Below, in pieces: positions 56,633-64,000 of a stretch of DNA of 64,000 bases. Position 1 is the first letter of the stretch. Every line of letters begins with the position of its first letter. Position numbers and translations under genes: made by a program. The notes under the pieces are model-generated. The model was not told the DNA's origin, did not search any database, and was given only the letters and a program-made list of their open reading frames with translations. The stretch comes from Myxococcota bacterium (GTDB lineage: Bacteria; Myxococcota_A; UBA796; GCA-2862545). The DNA lies in contig JBCCQY010000005.1 in assembly GCA_039208735.1 (NCBI GenBank), positions 57,744-121,743 of the forward strand. The letters are read 5' to 3'.

Positions 56633-57553
56633 TCACTTCGCGGCAATGGCGCCTTTCTTGGACGACTCCCGCCATCGTAGGTACGCGAGGATCGAGTCGT
56701 CGCTCGGGACGGGGAGTCCCAAGGTTCGTAGCTCCGCCGGACCCTTCGGCTGCGAGTCGACCACCCGATGGTCCTGGGCCAGCACGATGGGATTGAACAG
56801 AGCCTGCACGGCGCCAAAGAGCTGGTCTATCGGCCAGCCGTACATCGCTTGGTAGGCGCGGGAGATGTAGAGCATGGAGCCGTCATCGATGGGGACGAAC
56901 GCGAGAAAGAGCTTCAGCCGGTCGGAAAGTTGTAGGGTCCACACGTTGGGCGTGATGAAGTGAATTGCATCGACGCTCTGTGCGGTGCCGCTGAAGAGGT
57001 GGGGACCTTCCCAGCGGGAGGTCACCTCGACTTCTGGCGCGACGAAGCGACCGATGGTCGTTCGATGCACGAATGGCAGATGGGCCCAGTCAAGCTGGTT
57101 TTCGATGGAACGTGTGTAGTGCACGTTCCAGGTGACCATCCGTTGTGACCCTGCCCACGAAAACCCGTCAAACTCGAAGAACGGGATGTCCTCGGCCGGC
57201 GGAGCGTCGCCGTTCCACAACCAAACCAGGTCGTGAGCCTCGCGAACCGGCCAGGTTCGCAGAGCCATCGCGGGGCTGATGCTTCGCCCGGGATGCGCTG
57301 GCATGTGGGTGCAACGACCGTCCGCATCGAAGACGAACCCATGAAACGGGCACTCGAGGCAGCCGTCCTTGACGACGCCGAGGCTCATCGCGGCGCCCCG
57401 ATGGGGACAGCGGTCGAGGGCGGCGCGGATGCGGCCTTGGGTGTCGCGCCAAAACACGAGGTCTTCGCCGAGTCGCCGTCGTTGAATCGGCCGATCGGAA
57501 GGAACTTCACGTGGATCGAGCACTGCGTACCACTGATTGGGGACCAGATCCAT
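56633..57553 (-). CDS. Rieske non-heme iron oxygenase (VanA-like)
   Basis: CPHRG...CPFHG Rieske site; ENQLDWAHLPFVH; QD. Confidence 0.9.
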   Translation of the reverse strand: MDLVPNQWYAVLDPREVPSDRPIQRRRLGEDLVFWRDTQGRIRAALDRCPHRGAAMSLGVVKDGCLECPFHGFVFDADGRCTHMPAHPGRSISPAMALRTWPVREAHDLVWLWNGDAPPAEDIPFFEFDGFSWAGSQRMVTWNVHYTRSIENQLDWAHLPFVHRTTIGRFVAPEVEVTSRWEGPHLFSGTAQSVDAIHFITPNVWTLQLSDRLKLFLAFVPIDDGSMLYISRAYQAMYGWPIDQLFGAVQALFNPIVLAQDHRVVDSQPKGPAELRTLGLPVPSDDSILAYLRWRESSKKGAIAAK

Positions 57554-57712
57554 CGCCACCTCTTTGGGAATATACAGTTGTGGCTATGAAATTTCAGTCC
57601 GCTTAGCCACGGTCGGCGTAGGACGTCCCCGTGACGACTTTAGGGCGCTGTGACACCGCTGAGCCACCGACGTTCGCTCGCATGATCCGTCGTGCGAGGG
57701 ACGGAGGGTTGC

Positions 57713-58249
57713 ATGAGCATCACAAGAACCTGGACACTCGCATTTTCGGTCCTTGTTGCCATTTTTACGGGCCCCACGGCGTGGGCCGAGCCTGCCCCCG
57801 ACTCCGGCGATGCGGTCGTGTTTGCCGAGCCCGAGGCCCAGTTGACGTTTGCAAGAGAATCTCAGGCGGAAGTTGCGACGGTCGTGGCCCGTTTGGCCAC
57901 GGTGTTGAAGACGAAAGAGGGTGACCTTGATCCCAAGGAGTTGCAGTGCTTGGCCACGCGGCTTGTGTCGGCCCAAGCGCTTTCGAGTGTCACGTCCAAT
58001 GGGCTCGATGCGCTAAGCAAAGCGATCGTAGATGGCGAGACCGAGCAGGCTCGGTTCGAGGTTCGGAAGTCCCTCACCGCATTGGGCAAGAGTCGGGCCT
58101 TGCTCATCGATGCACAGCAGTGCGTGATGTGGCTCGACGTGGTGCTGAGCGACCTCGGCGAGCAGCCTTCGCCGCTCGTGTCAGACAACCCGGATGAGGT
58201 GTCCCTCGATGTGGGCCTCGCTCCGCCTTCGGTGAGCCCGTTCCGGTGA
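57713..58249 (+). CDS. Secreted helical hypothetical protein
   Basis: Signal peptide ending AWA, Cys pair, C-terminal SPFR. RBS GGAGG. Confidence 0.65.
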   Translation: MSITRTWTLAFSVLVAIFTGPTAWAEPAPDSGDAVVFAEPEAQLTFARESQAEVATVVARLATVLKTKEGDLDPKELQCLATRLVSAQALSSVTSNGLDALSKAIVDGETEQARFEVRKSLTALGKSRALLIDAQQCVMWLDVVLSDLGEQPSPLVSDNPDEVSLDVGLAPPSVSPFR

Positions 58250-58348
58250 AACCGATGGGCGACGGTCCACTGTGGCACACTTCCCGCGCCCCTCATCTCT
58301 ACGCGCGTGGACAGATGAGGTCGAATTGGCGTTTCGTGGGAGTGTGCC

Positions 58349-59557
58349 GTGCGGTCGACATCGCGTCCTCGGTCTTCGTTGGGTTGGTGGTTGTGGACCG
58401 CCCTGTTCTGGGTGGGATTCTTCACGGTTGGGTGCAACGAAGCCCCTGCCCCGGTGAAGGCAGAGGTTCCGGCGGCGCGAGTGGGTCCACCCCGCGGCGC
58501 CTGTCTCGACGCCGCACCTTCGCCGGGTCATGCCCAGAACCTCGATTCGTTGCCGCTGCCCGAACTGCTCGTGCGTCTTCAGAAGCCGCACTTTGTGACT
58601 CCACCCGAGGCCCCCACCGAGGTGGGCATCGCCCTGCAGGTGTTTGAGATTGCCGAGATTGACCCGGCGACCAATACCTTCGAGATGGAAGGGTACCTCG
58701 ACCTGGTGTGGTGTGACCCGCGAGAGGGGTTTGATCCAGCGGTGGTGGGCACAGACCGGGAGATTTTTCTCGAGAACGACGCCGAGCGAGAACTCGACTT
58801 CATTTGGTGGCCGGACTTCTACTTTGTCAACGAGGTCGGACCTCGCCGGACCGAGAATCGGGAACTCATCCTCAAGCCGAACGGGACGGTGGAGTACCGC
58901 GAGAAGTTCGGGGTCAGGCTGGCGGCGAACTACGACATGCGACGATTTCCCTTCGATCAGCAAACGCTCGAAGTCGAGATCGAGTCGTTCGCGTGGTCAA
59001 CCGAGGATCTGAGGTTCGTCCTGCAAGATCAGATCATCACGTTCACCGATGACTTCGAAATCCCGGAATGGTCCATCATCGATGTCGAAGAGTCGATCAA
59101 ACAGAAGACCGAACCGCGCGACCAGCACGAATACTCGGAGTTGTTGGCTGAGATCGAGGTTCGTCGGGACCCGGGGTTCTACGTGACCAAAATCATGCTG
59201 CCGCTCGGCATCATTGTGGCCATTAGCTGGGCGGTCTTCTGGATGATTGGCGACACGCTCGCGGACCGCATGAGCGTGTCGTTTACGGGCGTCCTCACCT
59301 CGGTGGCCTACCAATTCATCGTCTCGGAAAGCCTGCCACGGCACATCTACGACACCTTTCTCGATGGCTTCGTACTGCTCTCGTTCCTCATGATGGTGTT
59401 CACCATCATGGAAAACATCGTGGTCAACTCGCTAAGCCTCGGGGGGCGAGACCAGGTTGCAACGCGCGTCGACCAAGCCTCACGCGTGCTGTTTCCCACG
59501 TTGTATGTGGGCTCGCTCACATGGCTGTACTTTGTCTACTTGAGCCCACCTTCGTAG
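58349..59557 (+). CDS. Prokaryotic pentameric ligand-gated ion channel (GLIC/ELIC-like)
   Basis: W.DPR, IWWPDFYFVN, Pro-loop DMRRFPFDQQ, EW, RRDPGFY and four TM helices. Start uncertain. Confidence 0.9.
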   Translation: MRSTSRPRSSLGWWLWTALFWVGFFTVGCNEAPAPVKAEVPAARVGPPRGACLDAAPSPGHAQNLDSLPLPELLVRLQKPHFVTPPEAPTEVGIALQVFEIAEIDPATNTFEMEGYLDLVWCDPREGFDPAVVGTDREIFLENDAERELDFIWWPDFYFVNEVGPRRTENRELILKPNGTVEYREKFGVRLAANYDMRRFPFDQQTLEVEIESFAWSTEDLRFVLQDQIITFTDDFEIPEWSIIDVEESIKQKTEPRDQHEYSELLAEIEVRRDPGFYVTKIMLPLGIIVAISWAVFWMIGDTLADRMSVSFTGVLTSVAYQFIVSESLPRHIYDTFLDGFVLLSFLMMVFTIMENIVVNSLSLGGRDQVATRVDQASRVLFPTLYVGSLTWLYFVYLSPPS

Positions 59558-59660
59558 GGCCAAGCCGTTTGCGGTTCATGGGGTCTCTGGGTAAGTCACC
59601 CGCCCAACGGCGCGCCGAGGCGAGACCTTACACCGGCCCCCCGCGCCTTCCGGAGCCCCT

Positions 59661-62012
59661 GTGGCCTTCGACTGGTTCAAGCGGATGCTGGGCATCGCCG
59701 AGCCCGAGCCACCATCCCTCGAAGACGGCTCTCCTGAGGATCTGCTCGGCTACTACGCGTGGCTGCGCAAACGCAGGAACCATGAGCAACACGCGTGGCT
59801 CTCCCGAATGGCGTCTCTCCCTCCGGAGCGGCGTCGGGATCTCGTGCTTGCCGCCTACCCCGACGATGCCGACGGTCCCGATTCCGCGCGCGAGCAGCTT
59901 GTGGGGCGGCTCCTGGCCAGCAACCGGCGGTTTCCCTTTGACGAACGGCAAATGGCGAAGCTCGTCCGTCGGGCGGGCCAAGCCAAAGAACCCAAGACGT
60001 TCGTACGGCAGGTCGAACGGTTCTTGGGCAATCAACCCCCGGCTCGAGGGCTTCGGCAAGCCCTGCTCGATGCACGAGCCATCCTGGTTCGGCGAGGGGC
60101 CGACCCCAAATTCATCCAGCGCATCGAGGTGATGCTTCGGCGCGGGGGGGCGGAGGATGTGCCGCTGGTCGCCCCTGGGGTTTGGGGAACGCCCTTTCTG
60201 GCCTGGCTCGCGAGCCTGCCCGACGAGGTGCAAACGGCTTGGCGTCGGCTGTTCGAGCACGCCTACAGCATCGCGAATCGGACGCGCCCCGACAAGGGGT
60301 GGCTCGAGGAGGGTGACCGGTGCATCCAACGGGTGGGGAGCGAGGCGGTCGAAGCCCGCTGCCGGGAGATTTTCCCCAGTGCCACGCTCCGTGATGCCAT
60401 CTCGGACCGCGCGTTTCGCGATGGCTCCCTCATCCGGGGACTGCTCTTCGCGGGGTCCCGTGTAGCGACGCAAGACCTCGCCCATGTCTATGGCACCTTC
60501 GTCGAAACCTGCTTTGTGAAGGTGAAAGGTACGGGGCCGCGTAACCAGAAAATCGGGAACGCCGCGATTGCGGCATTGGCGATGATGCCGAATGGGGTTG
60601 GACTTGCCGAGCTGACCCGGTTGCAAACCGCCCTTCGCTACGCAAGTGCCCGCACTCAGGTCGAGCGGTCCTTGGAGCGAACGGCCGAAGCTGCGGGCAC
60701 CACGGTCGAAGTGCTGCAGGACTCGGCTCTACCCGACTTCGACCTCGACCATGAGGGCACGACCACCATGCGGTTTGGCGACGTCGAGGCGGCGTTGCGC
60801 TTGGTGCGCGGAGTGGTCGAGGTGCGTTGGACCCAACCGAACGGCAAGGTCACCAAGGGGGCGCCCGCCGCGGTCAAACGGAGCCATCCCGAGGCGCCAA
60901 GGGCCGTGAAGACCCGTCGGCAGGCCATCGAAAGTGCCGTGCAGGGCCAACGGGATCGGCTCGATCGAGCGATGTGGCGCGAACTGCGTTGGCCTTGGGC
61001 TCAGTTCAAGAAGGAGATCCTGACGCATCCCTTGCGGGCCCCCCTCGCCAATGGGTTGTTGTGGTCCTTTGATGAGGAACTCGGAACGGTGCGAGGGGGA
61101 CGTCCGGTGGGGTTGAAGGGCGAGCTTACAGAGCCTTCGCGCGTGACCCTTTGGCATCCTGCGGAGGCCTCGGACGAGACGGTCGCGGTGTTCAGGGATT
61201 GGTTCCTCGAACTCGACATTCGGCAGCCGTTTCCACAGCTTTGGCGAGGCCGGCATGCGCCGACCGCCCAAGAACTCGAGGCCAAGACCTCGGACCGCGT
61301 CGCGGGGCACGTCTTGGACCAACGACGACTCAAGGACCATGGGCGAGCCATGGAGTGGTCGTACACCCTTAGGGATTCGTGGGAGGGCGACAGCGTGGCT
61401 TCGCGTACCTACGGGGACGTGAGGGCGCTCCTGCGGCTCGAGCCACTCGAATCGGGGGAGCCCGGGATCTACGGGCAGGTGGAGACGGGAGTGCTCTCAC
61501 TGGTGGGGCAGGAAGGCGCTTCCGCCCCGAGTTTGGTCTCGGTGCGCCTGTGGTCCGAGATCCTGCGCGACGTCGATGAATTGGTGGCTCGGTGCACGGT
61601 CGCGAACGACCCGCTGCCGCCCTCCAACCACCGAAGCTGGCTTTCGTACTGGACGACGTTCCACTCTCGAGCGTTACTGCCGTCCGCGAAAGCCCGGCGC
61701 GAGGCCTTGGTTCGACTATTGGTCGAGCACCCCAATGCGTCGCGACTCACCCTCGAAGACCGTCACCTCGCCGTTCAGGGTAAGCGGCACCGCTACGCGG
61801 TTCACTTGGCCACGGCCCACATCTTCATCGAACCTGAGCATCGCGCGCTTGCCTTGCCGAAGGCCCAGTTGCGGAAGCTGTTTCCGCCCCGCGAAGACCT
61901 GCGCATCGGCGACGCGACGCTCGCCGCCATCGTGGGGCGGGCCGAGGCCTTGCTCCACGACGACACTATCGACCATGCCGCGTTCAACGCGCAGGTCGGG
62001 GGAGGGGAGTGA
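59661..62012 (+). CDS. DUF4132 domain protein
   Basis: KIGNA...L, LQD..LPDFDL, RLDRAM...RW, HPL....GLLW, LWHP, QPFPQLWR, SEILRDVD and V.GK...Y.VHL. Confidence 0.8.
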   Translation: MAFDWFKRMLGIAEPEPPSLEDGSPEDLLGYYAWLRKRRNHEQHAWLSRMASLPPERRRDLVLAAYPDDADGPDSAREQLVGRLLASNRRFPFDERQMAKLVRRAGQAKEPKTFVRQVERFLGNQPPARGLRQALLDARAILVRRGADPKFIQRIEVMLRRGGAEDVPLVAPGVWGTPFLAWLASLPDEVQTAWRRLFEHAYSIANRTRPDKGWLEEGDRCIQRVGSEAVEARCREIFPSATLRDAISDRAFRDGSLIRGLLFAGSRVATQDLAHVYGTFVETCFVKVKGTGPRNQKIGNAAIAALAMMPNGVGLAELTRLQTALRYASARTQVERSLERTAEAAGTTVEVLQDSALPDFDLDHEGTTTMRFGDVEAALRLVRGVVEVRWTQPNGKVTKGAPAAVKRSHPEAPRAVKTRRQAIESAVQGQRDRLDRAMWRELRWPWAQFKKEILTHPLRAPLANGLLWSFDEELGTVRGGRPVGLKGELTEPSRVTLWHPAEASDETVAVFRDWFLELDIRQPFPQLWRGRHAPTAQELEAKTSDRVAGHVLDQRRLKDHGRAMEWSYTLRDSWEGDSVASRTYGDVRALLRLEPLESGEPGIYGQVETGVLSLVGQEGASAPSLVSVRLWSEILRDVDELVARCTVANDPLPPSNHRSWLSYWTTFHSRALLPSAKARREALVRLLVEHPNASRLTLEDRHLAVQGKRHRYAVHLATAHIFIEPEHRALALPKAQLRKLFPPREDLRIGDATLAAIVGRAEALLHDDTIDHAAFNAQVGGGE

Positions 62013-62212
62013 GCGGGATTCGAGCGCCGGCGGCATTCGTGTACACGAGCTGGCAGGCAGAGAGAAATCAACCCGCCGGCGCTCGACGTCCCCTACCCAC
62101 ATTGACCGCCCCCGGTCTCGACCTTCGGTACGCGAGCAGTTGTTGACAATCTCTGGTCATGCTGAATTGAAGCTGGCTTTCGACCGTCAGTCGCGGGGCT
62201 TCGCTACGAGCT

Positions 62213-62239
62213 AAACCCTTTGGGGGTCGAGGCCGTCCA
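62213..62239 (+). promoter_or_regulatory. Candidate ECF-type autoregulatory promoter
   Basis: AAACCC (-35-like) and CGTCCA (-10-like), 15 nt apart, upstream of the sigma gene. Confidence 0.4.
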
Positions 62240-62259
62240 ATGGGTCGAACGGGGGGCCA

Positions 62260-62796
62260 ATGGTGGTGAGCCGAGCCAAGCACGACGCTGAGGCGGCGAT
62301 GATTGCCCGGGCTGCGGAAGGCGATGCGGATGCGTACCGCATTCTCTATGAAGCCCACGTCGCACGCATCTACGGGCTTTGTCTTCGCATGACGGCCGAT
62401 GACGTTCAGGCCGAGGAGTTCACGCAGCGGACGTTTGTACGCGCCTGGGACCGACTCTCCTCTTTTCGAGGGGCCAGCAAGTTTTCGACCTGGCTACACA
62501 CGCTCGCCGTTCGCCTGATTCTCGACGATCGACGGAGCACGAAACTACGCGAGCGTCGGCGACCGCCCTTCCGACGGCCGCCACCTTCGGCAAGGGGAGC
62601 GGACCCCGATGGGACCGACCTCGACCGTGCGGTGGCGCGCCTTCCCGAGCGGGCCCGTCAGGTGCTGGTCCTCCATGACGTCGAAGGACTCAAGCATGCC
62701 GAGATTGCGGAAGTGATGGGAATCAGCACTGGAACGAGCAAAGCCCATCTTCATCGAGCACGACGCCAGTTGCGCGAGTGGTTGGAGGGACGGTGA
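62260..62796 (+). CDS. ECF RNA polymerase sigma factor
   Basis: AEEFTQRTFVRAW..L.SFRG.SKFSTWL; LPERARQVLVLHDVEG..HAEIA...GTSKAHLHRAR. Confidence 0.92.
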   Translation: MVVSRAKHDAEAAMIARAAEGDADAYRILYEAHVARIYGLCLRMTADDVQAEEFTQRTFVRAWDRLSSFRGASKFSTWLHTLAVRLILDDRRSTKLRERRRPPFRRPPPSARGADPDGTDLDRAVARLPERARQVLVLHDVEGLKHAEIAEVMGISTGTSKAHLHRARRQLREWLEGR

Positions 62797-63383
62797 TGGA
62801 CTGTGATCGCCTTGATGACTACATCGATGGGGAGATGACGCCGGCCGAGATGGCCGCGTTCCGCAATCACCTCGCCACTTGCGAAGCGTGTCGCACTGCG
62901 GAAGCTGCTCAGCGGTCGCTCATCGAGCAACTCGCCACGCGGCGCATTGACCGGTCGCCGCCTCGTCCCTTGTGGGACGGCATCGTGTCCCAAATCGAAG
63001 CGTCTCCTGCCGCCGAGCCGACGGTGGGATGGTGGCGCACCTACGCCTTGGCGGCCATGATCTTGTTCGCCCTGGGGGCGGCCGCTGGGATGGGAAGGGT
63101 GGAGACCGAAGCCACTACGGTCGCATGGACCGCGAACCCCTCCGACGTCGATTCCATGGAGCGAGAGATCGATCGACATCTCGCGCACCTCGAAAAGACG
63201 CTCGATCGGGACTCCTTCGCGGTGTTGACCCGCAATCTCTCGGCGATCGACGAGGCGATTGCCGAGATCGAGGCCCTCGACGTGCCGGTGACCGACCAGG
63301 AGGGGGTGTCGTCGATCCTCCTCGCCACCACCCAACGGAAGCTCGAGATTGTGCGTGGTGCAACCATGGATTTTGGAGGCTGA
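62796..63383 (+). CDS. zf-HC2 anti-sigma factor
   Basis: DYIDGE...HLATCEAC and a single TM helix. TGATG coupling to the sigma gene. Confidence 0.88.
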   Translation: MDCDRLDDYIDGEMTPAEMAAFRNHLATCEACRTAEAAQRSLIEQLATRRIDRSPPRPLWDGIVSQIEASPAAEPTVGWWRTYALAAMILFALGAAAGMGRVETEATTVAWTANPSDVDSMEREIDRHLAHLEKTLDRDSFAVLTRNLSAIDEAIAEIEALDVPVTDQEGVSSILLATTQRKLEIVRGATMDFGG

Positions 63384-63384
63384 C

Positions 63385-64000
63385 ATGATTCTGTCGATGC
63401 TGATGCTCGGAACATTCGAGGCTTCCGCGGTGACCCCCGCCAGCGATGCATTCGTCTCTCTGGAGACCGAGAGTTCGCCATTGCTTTACGTGCTAGGCGT
63501 CACCTGCCTGGATTTGACGATTCGGGGGCAAGAGAACCCTGGGGTGCGGGTTCGCGGCGATCTGGACCCTGAGCTGAAGGTACGGCTTTACCCCGAGAAG
63601 AACGCCACGATCCTTGCGGTGGAGCCGAAGAATGGTAAGAACGTCACCTTTGGCTCCGTGAATTGGAAGGTGAAGCGAAACGGCCGCACGGTCGTGGTCA
63701 AGCCTTCGGGCGTGGCGCCAACCGAGACATTGGCTCCCTGCGGGAGCTTGTTGGTCGAAGTCCCCACCGAGATGGCGTTGTTCCTACACGATCAAGAGCT
63801 GTTGCTCGATGGTCGGATCGATCAGTTCAAAGTGACGGGTACGGATTTGGAGGTGACCAGTCGCGCCAAGGCGGCAAGCCTCAAGTTCCTTGCCTTGGGA
63901 GCCCTCGACGTCGACTTTGAGCAAGCCCCGGAGGTCGCGCAGGTGACCTCCTACGAGGGGGCGGTGAAGCTATCCGGCAATGGGCCCCAGGACCTTGACG
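63385..64000 (+). CDS. Exported protein, third gene of the sigma/anti-sigma operon (3'-partial, adhesin/DUF4097-like)
   Basis: Not in the ORF track because it runs off the window. ATG after GGAGG; signal peptide; beta-rich, LLVEVP; open to the end. Confidence 0.65.
   Translation, partial: MILSMLMLGTFEASAVTPASDAFVSLETESSPLLYVLGVTCLDLTIRGQENPGVRVRGDLDPELKVRLYPEKNATILAVEPKNGKNVTFGSVNWKVKRNGRTVVVKPSGVAPTETLAPCGSLLVEVPTEMALFLHDQELLLDGRIDQFKVTGTDLEVTSRAKAASLKFLALGALDVDFEQAPEVAQVTSYEGAVKLSGNGPQDLD

Overview
GC-rich bacterial DNA, most likely Myxococcota: it carries a MYXO-CTERM-type tail, a TIGR02996-LRR protein, a myxobacterial VWA lipoprotein and two Ser/Thr kinases. It is densely coding, with about 50 genes, and I found no rRNA, tRNA, CRISPR array or intact mobile element. 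Main results: (1) Four genes that the ORF track splits are best read as selenoproteins. Each has an in-frame TGA at the catalytic Cys position followed by a SECIS-like hairpin: formate dehydrogenase alpha, a glutathione peroxidase, and two exported thioredoxin-fold lipoproteins (WUGTC, WUGPC). (2) A five-gene candidate trans-envelope electron conduit: outer-membrane barrel, 14-heme and 16-heme cytochromes c, a His-rich membrane protein and an FeS/FAD oxidoreductase that is inverted inside the cluster. (3) An ECF sigma factor fused in one ORF to a YhfC/PrsW-type intramembrane protease. (4) A split NuoEF / fdh / fhs formate locus. Other genes include a KirBac channel, a pentameric ligand-gated channel, a vanadium haloperoxidase, ArsM, a P450, an orphan AbiEii-like toxin and repeat-rich surface proteins. 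All family calls come from motif recognition by eye; no searches or folding programs were run.
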